Of a stretch of DNA of 64,000 nt, positions 55,226-64,000 are shown piece by piece (the first letter of the stretch is position 1; every line of letters starts with the position of its first letter). Made by a program: the position numbers and the translations under genes. Source of the DNA: Roseburia hominis (lineage in GTDB: Bacteria > Bacillota_I > Bacilli_A > RFN20 > CAG-826). The notes under the pieces were generated by a model, which did no database searches, was not told where the DNA came from, and saw only the letters and a program-made list of their open reading frames with translations. The stretch spans positions 1,322 through 65,321 of the forward strand of contig CAVIFQ010000009.1 in the NCBI GenBank assembly GCA_963642055.1. The letters are read 5' to 3'.

Positions 55226-56194
55226 CTATCTGAAATACTCGATAAACCCTGCAATCGCGCCTTTAATCTCGTTGAGGAATTCGTAATCCTCGTATAAGCA
55301 GATCTTGTCATCATCGAAATCATTATCGATGTCTTTAATCGCTTTTTTGAGGAACGGCAACATCTCAGGTGCGGTCAAAAAGGAGCCAGAGAGGACGATT
55401 TTCTGAAAGGAGATAAGCACATCGGCGTTATAGATGGCAAAACGCAGGGCTTTCATCACGGCGGCTAAGTAAGACTCATTTTCGAGTATAAGCTTTGTGC
55501 CTTCTTTTTCGTCGATATCCTTATTGAACAAAGAGCTATATGAGATAGCCTCTTCTAAGGTTTGCCCTTCGTAAATCGTATGGCCAAGTTCGCTTTCTTC
55601 GCTCAAGGGATGACCATTTACGTAAATCGAAGAACCAACGCCTGGGCCGTATTTGACGAGCAGGAAGTTCTCGTTTTCTTTGTGAAATAGATAATAGATC
55701 GCGCTTAAGGCGGCGACGTTATTGATGATGGTGTAGGGAATAGAGAGAGAATCGAGAATCGATACGATTTCTTTATAGGCGACTGAAGAAACAAACGATG
55801 AGCTTTTCCCGCGCATCGTCACGCCGATAAAGAGGATTTTCTCTTTGCTAGAAAGAATAAAATCCTTGATTGAGGTTTTTGAGGTGTCGCTAGAAGAGAG
55901 GGGATTGCCCGCAAAATCCATTTTGCACAAGTAGGAGCGGTGCTTCCTCACGTCAATCCCGATGAAGGCCCCGTAAGTTGGGTTCAGGCAAAGCGTTAAT
56001 TCTTTTCTGCCGCTTCGCGATTCATCGACGTTCTTGCTCTCGTTTATCATGCCGGAGGATAAAAGCGGTTTTAAGGCCAAAGTGAGTCCAGCCGGGGTCA
56101 AAGAAAGGAGCGAGGAGAGCTTGCTCCTTGAGCTTTCCTTTTTTGCGAAAAGGATTTTGATGATTTCTTTTTGGGTTAAAGTGAGTCCCGTCAT
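55226..56194 (-). CDS. ROK family transcriptional regulator
   Basis: Start moved to MTGLTLTQKEIIKILF (ATGA overlap with the upstream gene). N-terminal wHTH plus ROK sugar-kinase-like body (GIDVRKH..., GPGVGSSIYVNGHP). Confidence 0.75.
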   Translation of the reverse strand: MTGLTLTQKEIIKILFAKKESSRSKLSSLLSLTPAGLTLALKPLLSSGMINESKNVDESRSGRKELTLCLNPTYGAFIGIDVRKHRSYLCKMDFAGNPLSSSDTSKTSIKDFILSSKEKILFIGVTMRGKSSSFVSSVAYKEIVSILDSLSIPYTIINNVAALSAIYYLFHKENENFLLVKYGPGVGSSIYVNGHPLSEESELGHTIYEGQTLEEAISYSSLFNKDIDEKEGTKLILENESYLAAVMKALRFAIYNADVLISFQKIVLSGSFLTAPEMLPFLKKAIKDIDNDFDDDKICLYEDYEFLNEIKGAIAGFIEYFR

Positions 56195-56910
56195 TGCACC
56201 AATAGTGTAACCCCAGAGAGGAGAAGTAGCACGCACGTAATCTTCATGAAAAGGTTTTTGGAAAGCTTCGGGGCGATGAGGGCTCCTAGTAGAAGAGAGA
56301 GAACGGTGACTCCCGCCCCAATCCCCAAAAGAATGAGGGCGTGCGTGGTGAAATAGCCGCTTAGATAATGGTTGGTGAATAAAATCGTGTTCAAGATGAG
56401 CCAAAGCGGGGCTAAAGTCGCCCTGAAGGCGTTCTTGTCCTTGATTTCGTGGATGGCGTAAACGACCACAAACGGGCCTCCGCTCACGAAGAGCTTATGC
56501 ATGATGCCCCCAAGGAAGAGAAAGATGAACATAAGATACTGGGGCAAAGACACCTTGCTGAAATCGAGGAAGAAGAAGGCGATGGCGATGACGATGATCA
56601 AAGCAGCATAAACATAAAGCAGTATCTTATGCTCCATCGGTATCATCTCTACGAGATATCCAGCCCCAAATCCCAAGCCGACAAAGAAGAAGATAATGAG
56701 GAAATGCTTCCAGTCGATATCCTTGAAATGGAAGATGAAAATATACAAACAAACAATCATCGCCACGAGATTCAAGACGCTTTTGGCGGTGTTTTCGCCT
56801 ACTAATTCAAGCGAAAAAGGCATCGCGAGGACAGTGCCAGCAAAGCCGGTGATGGTCTGGATGATGTTGCTTAAGAAGATTATGAGAATAAAAAGGATAT
56901 CTTGGATCAT
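56191..56910 (-). CDS. TauE/SafE family sulfite/organosulfonate exporter-like membrane protein
   Basis: 239 aa, about 7 TM. N-terminal IIQTITGFAGTVLAMPF typical of the family. Confidence 0.7.
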   Translation of the reverse strand: MIQDILFILIIFLSNIIQTITGFAGTVLAMPFSLELVGENTAKSVLNLVAMIVCLYIFIFHFKDIDWKHFLIIFFFVGLGFGAGYLVEMIPMEHKILLYVYAALIIVIAIAFFFLDFSKVSLPQYLMFIFLFLGGIMHKLFVSGGPFVVVYAIHEIKDKNAFRATLAPLWLILNTILFTNHYLSGYFTTHALILLGIGAGVTVLSLLLGALIAPKLSKNLFMKITCVLLLLSGVTLLVQ

Positions 56911-57524
56911 AAATAGGGAACGAGGAGATTCTCCCCGCTTATCCCGATATAGGCGCCTTTTTTGGCTTGAGGGCTATCTTTATGGGCGAAAAGCCATTTG
57001 TTTTTCATCCATAAAGAACCTTTCTTCTGCTCTTTTTCTAATTCCTCATTCGTCCCATCGCTCAAGATGATGGCGGTGCGGAAACCAGCAGCAGACAATT
57101 TGCAGGGCGAGAAATGGAAAACATAAGGATATAAAATCACAGCTTGCCCCTTTTTGAGGCGGAAAGCCTTCACTCTGCTTGAGTCGATGACGCCATCAAC
57201 CACATCATCTTGGAGGGCCAAAAGGAGGATTTGGTCATCAGCAGCGATATCGACTTCCGGGCAAGAGTGGTACTCAAGGGCGTTGAGATAAGAGTTAAAC
57301 CCATTGCAGTAGCCAACCTCGATATCCCCATACCCGTATACTTTCTCTTTTATCTCCGTAATGCCTTTTAAAGAGCGCATATAAGAGTCATCGCGGACGT
57401 AAATATTGCCAGTTTCGGGCATAATGGCTTTATTTTGGAGGTAAACGAGAATATCGGAGGTATCGATAGAGAGAGTTTCGCCATACGGGCGAAACTCCTC
57501 ATTAGTAATATCTATAATTCTCAT
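56907..57524 (-). CDS. DUF4867 / ureidoglycolate-lyase-like cupin protein
   Basis: N-terminal ITNEEFRPYGETLS resembles the ureidoglycolate lyase family start. 205 aa. Confidence 0.5.
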   Translation of the reverse strand: MRIIDITNEEFRPYGETLSIDTSDILVYLQNKAIMPETGNIYVRDDSYMRSLKGITEIKEKVYGYGDIEVGYCNGFNSYLNALEYHSCPEVDIAADDQILLLALQDDVVDGVIDSSRVKAFRLKKGQAVILYPYVFHFSPCKLSAAGFRTAIILSDGTNEELEKEQKKGSLWMKNKWLFAHKDSPQAKKGAYIGISGENLLVPYL

Positions 57525-58833
57525 CGATGAGCTCCCAGCCTTTGATTCTCGCTAAATAGGTGACGGCTTTTTTGTATTGGACGTAGCCCATGATGACGTG
57601 ATGAGCCACACCCGAATAAGCCACGGTATCGACCACATCTTTGACGTGGCGGGAGAAGATGACTTTCGCGTAGGTCCCCGAGAGGTCTTTATTCATATCA
57701 ACGGCCGTTCCCTCTTCGTAATATAGGCGCGTTTTGCCTCGCGCCGTATCGATGCGGAGAATCGAGATATCGCCGCTTTTTAGGACGAAATCGGCCGTTA
57801 CGCCCTTCCCACCCGCAAAATAGGTCTCTAGGCTCCTGATAGAGCGATGATCCCATAAGGAGCAAGGGGCGACCCCATCATGCCAAAGGAGCGCGTAATT
57901 CTCCGCATAGTTGACTTGGGAAAGATCAGCCATGAAGGGCGCTTCTTCGCCCGCCGCCTTGACCGCAAGCATGCTGATGGCGGCCTCGATATCGCCTTCG
58001 CAGGCGAGGAGTATCCCGCGAGATTGTAACACCGACATCATCGCGCAGGGCGAGACGCCGTAGTTTTTGGCAAATTCCGGCCAGCATCTGATGGCTACCA
58101 CATCGAGCGCTTTCTCTCTCATGAAGGCTTCGGCATTCACGATGAGCTTAGACACTTGCTCAATCTGGAAATCATTGAGCTTATGGCAGTCAAAGATGGA
58201 AAGAAGGTTCTTTCTTTCCTTTTCGATATCTTCTTTGGAGGCATCGCCCGAGAAGAAATCGCTCAATTCGTAATGGGAGATGAGTACGCCGAGCTCCTTA
58301 TAGAGATGGAGCTCATCGACGCCGACGTTATAGAAGCCTTCGGCGTGATAGCCAACAAGTCCGATATGGCCGTTTTCGATCGCGACCTTCATCTTGATGG
58401 CCTTGATCCAGTCTTCGTCCATCGTATCACCGACATAGACCACGAAGTCTTTGACGCCGGCTTTAAAGAGATTGGAGGCGTTGAGGTTGACCCCGCATAT
58501 GGCATTGAGGCGGATTTTGCCTCCGTCATACGGGAGCTCGTTATAGCCTTGGAGAAGGAGCGGTTTTTTGACGATGTTATTGATGATTAAGGCGAGTGAG
58601 CCAAGATGGAAAGTGGCGCTCACTAAAACGAGAGCGTCAACATTATGTGCCAAAAAATAGGCGCCGGCCTCTTTGGCCTCATTCTCCTCGATGACCATGC
58701 TCGGATAGACGATGTAGTCGACCGAGGTATCTTTCTTTAGAGTCGCAGTGCGCTCAAGGAAGAGCTTATAAGCCGTTTCGTAATCGAAGGTTTTTCTCAC
58801 TAGGCAGACAACGCCGATAATAGGTTTTTTCAT
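57502..58833 (-). CDS. L-fucose/L-arabinose isomerase family protein
   Basis: 443 aa. N-terminal IGVVCLVRKTFDYETA ... VDALVLVSATFHLGS arrangement typical of this isomerase family. Confidence 0.65.
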   Translation of the reverse strand: MKKPIIGVVCLVRKTFDYETAYKLFLERTATLKKDTSVDYIVYPSMVIEENEAKEAGAYFLAHNVDALVLVSATFHLGSLALIINNIVKKPLLLQGYNELPYDGGKIRLNAICGVNLNASNLFKAGVKDFVVYVGDTMDEDWIKAIKMKVAIENGHIGLVGYHAEGFYNVGVDELHLYKELGVLISHYELSDFFSGDASKEDIEKERKNLLSIFDCHKLNDFQIEQVSKLIVNAEAFMREKALDVVAIRCWPEFAKNYGVSPCAMMSVLQSRGILLACEGDIEAAISMLAVKAAGEEAPFMADLSQVNYAENYALLWHDGVAPCSLWDHRSIRSLETYFAGGKGVTADFVLKSGDISILRIDTARGKTRLYYEEGTAVDMNKDLSGTYAKVIFSRHVKDVVDTVAYSGVAHHVIMGYVQYKKAVTYLARIKGWELIDENYRYY

Positions 58834-58836
58834 TTT

Positions 58837-59670
58837 TCACTCCTTATTGACGACTTTGTAGGAGGCTGAGAAATCCTCGTTCGCGTAGCCTTCTTTTATC
58901 GCCTCTTCGTAAATTTCGCAGATATGGTCGATGGTGGGGCAATCTTTATTCGCCGCCTTTTTCATCTCTTGGGCGAAATGGACATCCTTATTCATATTCG
59001 CGACGGAGAAAGCGGTGGGATAAGTATTGTTGATGATATTGTTTGCCTTCGTGTCGAGATAGAAGCAGCTCGCCCCGCCATAAGAGAAGGCGGTGATGAC
59101 ATCCGCTAGATTGAGCGAAAGGGCGCTTGCCAAACCTAAGATCTCGTTGACCCCGTTTTGGATTTCGCCAACGAGGGCGTTGTGGAGGATTTTCATCACG
59201 AGCCCGTTTCCATGTCCCCCCATATAGATGATGTTTTTGCCCATGAGCTCTAAGACAGGGCGCACTTTTTCATAGACGTCTTTACTTCCGCCTACGTATA
59301 TCCCCAGTTCGCCTTTGATGGCGGCGGGTTGGCTCTTCACGACCGGGCAATCGAGAAGTTCGATTCCTGTGCCTTCAAGCTCTTGCGCGACTTTTCTATT
59401 CGTGGCAGGCGAAATCGTGGACATATCGATCCAGATCTGGCCTTTATGGAGATATGGTCTAATTTCCTCAAAAAGAGCCAACATATGCTCATTTTTCGGC
59501 ACCATCGAGATGATGATGTCGCGATCTATTACTGCCTCTTTGTAAGAGGAGGCGAAAGGAAATGGGGTATCCTTTTTGATGATATCGTATCCTAATAAAT
59601 CGTGTTTTTTGGCAACATTGGTGGCCATCGGCATCCCCATGATGCCTAATCCGATAAAAGCGACTTTCAT
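58837..59670 (-). CDS. beta-hydroxyacid dehydrogenase (HIBADH/YihU-like; candidate sulfolactaldehyde reductase)
   Basis: MKVAFIGLGIMGMPMATNV Rossmann motif. 277 aa. Confidence 0.75.
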   Translation of the reverse strand: MKVAFIGLGIMGMPMATNVAKKHDLLGYDIIKKDTPFPFASSYKEAVIDRDIIISMVPKNEHMLALFEEIRPYLHKGQIWIDMSTISPATNRKVAQELEGTGIELLDCPVVKSQPAAIKGELGIYVGGSKDVYEKVRPVLELMGKNIIYMGGHGNGLVMKILHNALVGEIQNGVNEILGLASALSLNLADVITAFSYGGASCFYLDTKANNIINNTYPTAFSVANMNKDVHFAQEMKKAANKDCPTIDHICEIYEEAIKEGYANEDFSASYKVVNKE

Positions 59671-59671
59671 C

Positions 59672-60352
59672 TTAGTTCCCCTTGGTGTTATCCCAGGCTT
59701 CGGTGAAAACCTTTAAGCCGTAGGTGGTGTAAGGATGGGTAAAGCTATCTTCATATACGCTTAAGCCCGCCGTCACGATGTCGCAGCCGAGTTCTGCCAT
59801 ATCGGCGATTTGTTTCCCGTTTCGAACAGCCGCAGCGATGATCTCGGTCTTATATCCTTTTTCCTTATATATATTTACGAGGGAGGACATATAAGGGAGA
59901 GTGTCTTCGCCATTATTCTCTTTCCATCCTAAGAAGGGGGAGACGAACATCGTGCCGATTCTCCCAGCTTGGATAGCTTGAGAAGGGGAGAAGACGAGGG
60001 TGAGATTGACTCTAATCCCTTCTTTTTCAAGGGTATTCGCGGCTTTTACCCCTTCAAGGGTGCAAGGGATTTTGATGACGAAATTGCTAGATATGGCGGC
60101 GATTTTCCTTGCCTCTTTCACCATATCCTCCTCTTTATCGAGGTGCGGGTTGATCTCCACGGAGACCGGGAAGACGTCTTTCCCTTCGAGGTGATTGTCT
60201 TTCACCCAGTTGGCGATATCCGTGATTGCCTCTAGGAAAGGCTTGCCAGAAGCCATGATGTGCTTCGGATTGGTGGTGACTCCGTCGATGCGGTAGGCGC
60301 GATAGGCGTAATCGATTTCGTTTAATTTGGCTGAATCGAGGAAAAATTTCAT
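59672..60352 (-). CDS. transaldolase/fructose-6-phosphate aldolase family protein
   Basis: Start moved to MKFFLDSAKLNEI...GVTTNPKHI. Schiff-base region FVIKIPCT. About 226 aa. Confidence 0.78.
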   Translation of the reverse strand: MKFFLDSAKLNEIDYAYRAYRIDGVTTNPKHIMASGKPFLEAITDIANWVKDNHLEGKDVFPVSVEINPHLDKEEDMVKEARKIAAISSNFVIKIPCTLEGVKAANTLEKEGIRVNLTLVFSPSQAIQAGRIGTMFVSPFLGWKENNGEDTLPYMSSLVNIYKEKGYKTEIIAAAVRNGKQIADMAELGCDIVTAGLSVYEDSFTHPYTTYGLKVFTEAWDNTKGN

Positions 60353-60366
60353 TTTTGTTTCACTCC

Positions 60367-62340
60367 TTATTTGTTTATCTTCAAACTCGCGAATAACGAT
60401 GCGAATTTGGAATCCTTTTTGTAGAAGGCGATAGGTAGGCCGAGTGGCGAAGCAACTTCGCCGTGTCCGCTTGCTACCTCTTTCCCGGTGAAGAACTGCA
60501 CCCATTCTCCTTTTGGGAGATAGTATTTATGGACGCTTTCTTTCTCGCGGAGAACCGGGGAGACGAGGATATCCTCGCCAAAGAGATACTCTTTCTTGTT
60601 GGTGTAGCATTCCTCTTCATCATAATGGAGGAAGAGAGGGCGGATCATCGGGGCATTGCGCTCGTAATATTCCTCGTATACGTGCTCGCGGTAGCTCTTT
60701 AATTCAGCGAAGAGGCGAGAATTCGTGACGAATTCACCGTAAACGAGCTCGTTATCATATTGGACGTTATCTTGAGGACGGTTCCCTTCATGGGTCCGAT
60801 AAATCGGCGAGAAGATGTTCATCTCGCTCCACCGGAGGAAGAGCTCCGCGCTTCTTTTCATGGGGTAAAGAGCCATGATGGTGGTATAGCCCCCGATATC
60901 GCTGTGGATGATGCCAGCCCCTGAGCAGGATAAGGATAAGGATGCGGGGATGACGCTCCCTAAACCGTATTCATCGCTCCAGTCGACGTGCTGATCGCCG
61001 TTCCACATCGAGTTGGTGAATTGGAAGGTATGTCCATAAGCGGCGCGGGAGAAATAGAAGACCTCGTCTTCTTTGCCGCATTCTTTCACCGCATCGTACG
61101 AACACTTGGCCCAAAGGGTTGGCCAGCGGTTATGGAGTTTATCGCTCTTTCCGCCATAAGCGACGCTGTCAGTTGGTAGATACTCGCCAAAATCGGCCAT
61201 CCAGCCCGATAAGCCGTATTCGATCATGTTCTTCTTGATGATATCGATATACCACCTTCTCGCGGTGGGATTGGTGAGATCGACGATGCCGGCATTGAAA
61301 GTGGTGCTTTTGATATGGTAGACCGAGCCATTCTTGTGGCGGATGAGGAAGCCTTTCTTCTTGGCTTCTAGATACTGTGGCGCCCCTTCCTTCAAGAAGG
61401 TATTGATGTAGCCTAAAAAGCGGACGCCGTCTTTATTGAGCATCTTGATGATCTCTTTGAGATTCGGGTAGAGCTTCTCATCGGCTTCCCAGTTCCAATA
61501 CACTTGATAGCCAAAGGCGGTGACGTGGTTGCCACACCAGTCCTGGCACCAGATGGCGGCCACCTTAAGTCCTTTTTTCTTCGCTTCTTCGTATTTCTTG
61601 AGGAGTACTTCGCTTCCTCCTTGGATAGCGAGAATCACGCCATCATTCACCCAAGAGGGGACTTTCGGCATTTTCCCGACGATGCGCGAGATGGTGCACG
61701 TCAAATCAAAGAGATTATCCTCGGCGAAGAGCGAGATCGACTGCGGGATTTCCCGGAACTTGATGAAGAGCTCGTCTTTCTTGAAAGAGAGGACGCCATA
61801 ATTATCTTCGTGGCAGTAAAACCCATACCCCTTCGAGGAGATGAAAGAAGGGGTGGCGCAGTAAGTCTGATGCTCTTTATAAGGCGAGATATGGTCGGGA
61901 TCAGGGCCAAAGAGGCGGCTTTTTAATTGCTTCTTGGCGATTTTCAGCACTTGCTGATGCTCACTCACCCAGATAGGCACGTCTTTGCCTTTCAAGTCGA
62001 GCTCGCTGTACTGCTCTCCGCATCCATAAATATGCTCATCCTCGAAGGTCTTGAAGCGGAGGGAGAAGCGGTTATAGCCCGGATCGACGTGGAAGTGGAA
62101 TTTGATGTAATCGTCTTCCTTATCGACGATGATCTCGGCTTGGACTTTTCCATCCGTCAATATGTAGCGGTTCCCGTCATTGAAGGAATAGACGAGCTTA
62201 TGCCGATCGACGATCGCATCTTTCGTGGTGAAAGAGCCGCGCTTCATCTTGTAGCGCGCTTTCCCTTTGCCGATCGTTAGATAACATTCCTTGCTCTCTA
62301 TTTGCCTTAAAAAATAGTCATAAAGCTCTTCTTTTTTCAT
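60367..62340 (-). CDS. GH31 alpha-glycosidase, YihQ (sulfoquinovosidase)-like subgroup
   Basis: Nucleophile region GWMADFGEYLP, WNGDQHVDWS acid/base region, HSDIGGYT. 657 aa. Confidence 0.75.
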   Translation of the reverse strand: MKKEELYDYFLRQIESKECYLTIGKGKARYKMKRGSFTTKDAIVDRHKLVYSFNDGNRYILTDGKVQAEIIVDKEDDYIKFHFHVDPGYNRFSLRFKTFEDEHIYGCGEQYSELDLKGKDVPIWVSEHQQVLKIAKKQLKSRLFGPDPDHISPYKEHQTYCATPSFISSKGYGFYCHEDNYGVLSFKKDELFIKFREIPQSISLFAEDNLFDLTCTISRIVGKMPKVPSWVNDGVILAIQGGSEVLLKKYEEAKKKGLKVAAIWCQDWCGNHVTAFGYQVYWNWEADEKLYPNLKEIIKMLNKDGVRFLGYINTFLKEGAPQYLEAKKKGFLIRHKNGSVYHIKSTTFNAGIVDLTNPTARRWYIDIIKKNMIEYGLSGWMADFGEYLPTDSVAYGGKSDKLHNRWPTLWAKCSYDAVKECGKEDEVFYFSRAAYGHTFQFTNSMWNGDQHVDWSDEYGLGSVIPASLSLSCSGAGIIHSDIGGYTTIMALYPMKRSAELFLRWSEMNIFSPIYRTHEGNRPQDNVQYDNELVYGEFVTNSRLFAELKSYREHVYEEYYERNAPMIRPLFLHYDEEECYTNKKEYLFGEDILVSPVLREKESVHKYYLPKGEWVQFFTGKEVASGHGEVASPLGLPIAFYKKDSKFASLFASLKINK

Positions 62341-62551
62341 AGAGGCCTTTCTTGCCTTGCGGCTAATTAATTAAGTGACTTAAAAATCATAGAGCGCCCT
62401 CTTTCTCTTTGCAAGGGCGAGGCAATAAAGAAGACCAGTCATTGCCTTATTTCGACCTTCATCTTCCTTTTCGTAAATCGCTCAATACTTGCCTAGTAAG
62501 TGGTGAGGCAGCATGAAAAGCCTCATCAGATAGCGAATTTTTAGACAAATC

Positions 62552-62631
62552 GTGTTGTTTGATGTTGTCGGATGTTGCCAAAAATGAAGAAATGTTGCTA
62601 GAGGTTGTATAAAAGGAGGAATTGTTGCTAG
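62552..62631 (+). repeat. array of 6-7 TGTTG-core words immediately upstream of 62632
   Basis: GTGTTGTTT GATGTTGTCG GATGTTGCCA ... AATGTTGCTAGA GGTTGTATAA ... ATTGTTGCTAG ATG. Confidence 0.8.
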
Positions 62632-64000
62632 ATGAATGAAGATATCATAAACTTCTCTCAAGCGGAGAATGATGAAATGAGCAAGAAACCAGTGCCTTTG
62701 GGCATCGAATTCTATGAGACGGTGAGCAAGGACTGCTACTACGTGGATAAAACGGCCATGATCGAGGATTTAGCCTCCTATCCAGAAGGCACTTGCCTCC
62801 TTTTCTCGCGCCCACGAAGATTCGGGAAGACGCTCGCTTTATCGATGCTGCACACCTTTTTCGAGATGAGCGAGGTCGATAAAAGCCCTTATTTCTCCGA
62901 CGAGTACATCTGGGGAAAGAAAGAGGTGGTGGAAGAGGAATTCCAAGCTTATCCCCTCATCCATATCAATATGAAGAACGTGATAGGGACCGATTTCCCT
63001 TCTTGGAAAGAGAAACTCAAAGAAGCGATGAGAAAGGAATACGACCGCCATCAAACTCTTTTGCCTTATCTAGATTCTTTCGATCAAGCCTATTTTTCGA
63101 GCATTCTTAATAAAACGGTCGATGATGATGGTTTATCGAGCTCTTTGTCGCGCTTATCGGAAATGCTACACAAGCATTACGAAAAGAAGGTCGTCATTTT
63201 GATCGATGAATATGACGCTCCTACCTATTATGCGAAAGAATATTCCTATTACGATGAAGCCATAACTTTCCTGAAGCAGTTTTATGGCGAGAGTCTTAAG
63301 ACGAATCCTTCTCTCCGCCTCGCTGTTTTAACAGGGATCCTTGAAATCGGGAAGGAGTCCCTTTTCTCCGGACTCAATAATCTCATCGCCAATTCCCCTT
63401 TATCGAAGCGCTTCGCTTCTTCTTTCGGCTTCACGGAGAGTGAGACAAAAGCGATTTTGGACTATTACGGCTACTCCTCCAAAGCCGATGAAGTGCGTAG
63501 ATTCTATGGTGGCTACCGCTTCGGTGACCAAGATATTTACAGCGCTCTTTCGATCCTCTCCTTCATCCAAAATGGCGGCGAAATCGGCTTATATTGGAGC
63601 AACACCGGTGAGAACAAATTGCTGCGCGAAGTCTGTTCGCCTTCTTCTTTAGAGTGCCTTTTGCCCTTACTCGGCGGAGAAAGCATCGACAGCGAGATCG
63701 ACTTATCGGAGAACTATGAGGATCTCGATGATTCGCGCGTATCTTTATGCTCGCTCCTTTTTATGAGCGGCTATTTGACCATCAAAGAGCGATACGGCGT
63801 GAATCTTTATCGCCTCGCCTTGCCTAACGAAGAGATAAAACGGGTCTTCATGCGCGAGATAAATAAGCGTTACTTGTCTACGCGCGACATCATTAAATCC
63901 CACAACATCAAAAAGGCTTTCCTCGATGGGGATGAAGAGAGCATCAAGCGCTTACTGGAAGAATATCTTCTTTCCTCTTTTTCCTATTACGAACTGAACC
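62632..64000 (+). CDS. AAA-ATPase-like protein (PDDEXK_9-type family), 3' end outside the window; not in the ORF track
   Basis: Hand translation from the ATG after AAGGAGGA: MNEDIINFSQ...YYVDKTAMIEDL...FSRPRRFGKTL...VILIDEYD. Open to base 64000. Paralog of 28219..29802. Confidence 0.8.
   Translation, partial: MNEDIINFSQAENDEMSKKPVPLGIEFYETVSKDCYYVDKTAMIEDLASYPEGTCLLFSRPRRFGKTLALSMLHTFFEMSEVDKSPYFSDEYIWGKKEVVEEEFQAYPLIHINMKNVIGTDFPSWKEKLKEAMRKEYDRHQTLLPYLDSFDQAYFSSILNKTVDDDGLSSSLSRLSEMLHKHYEKKVVILIDEYDAPTYYAKEYSYYDEAITFLKQFYGESLKTNPSLRLAVLTGILEIGKESLFSGLNNLIANSPLSKRFASSFGFTESETKAILDYYGYSSKADEVRRFYGGYRFGDQDIYSALSILSFIQNGGEIGLYWSNTGENKLLREVCSPSSLECLLPLLGGESIDSEIDLSENYEDLDDSRVSLCSLLFMSGYLTIKERYGVNLYRLALPNEEIKRVFMREINKRYLSTRDIIKSHNIKKAFLDGDEESIKRLLEEYLLSSFSYYELN

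Noticed and set aside
1-64000. Alternative genetic code (UGA = Trp), as in many Mollicutes
   Set aside because: TGA terminates several well-supported genes (ATGA overlaps at about 24037, 44288 and 56191). The only tRNA-Trp seen has anticodon CCA. Long ORFs are intact under code 11.

Overview
64-kb chromosomal window from a moderate/low-GC anaerobic bacterium of the Gram-positive lineage (Firmicutes or Mollicutes-like). It uses the standard genetic code: TGA is a stop (ATGA overlaps at about 24037, 44288 and 56191) and a tRNA-Trp(CCA) is present. Housekeeping content: PlsC-like acyltransferase, rubrerythrin, flavodiiron protein, flavin reductase, Sir2 deacylase, Trk/Ktr K+ uptake genes, YqeY, MFS/MATE/GPH transporters, and tRNA-Asp, tRNA-Phe and tRNA-Trp. 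Accessory content dominates. (1) About ten stand-alone P-loop ATPase, nuclease-motif or AlbA_2-type genes, plus a GmrSD-like type IV restriction gene and an Nhi-like nuclease-helicase. Most carry their own array of short repeated sequence words, and two are bracketed by long direct repeats made of hairpin modules. (2) A seven-gene operon of SPFH/YdjI-like paralogs with zinc-ribbon and membrane proteins, behind a promoter that appears to hold a G9 tract in its spacer. (3) An apparently AT-richer two-gene surface module: a G10-tract frameshifted signal-anchored protein overlapping a 964-aa protein with a C-terminal Hint (Hedgehog/intein-like) domain. (4) A sulfoglycolysis (sulfo-TAL)-like sugar cluster. 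(5) A fatty-acid handling cluster (acyl ligase, ACP, thioesterase, PAI-like FAD enzyme). (6) Two paralogous roughly 800-aa Ser-rich lipoproteins. I found no rRNA, CRISPR array, transposase or integrase. Coordinates that I indexed by hand (repeats, tRNAs, hairpins, revised starts) may be off by 1-2 nt, and homopolymer lengths by 1.
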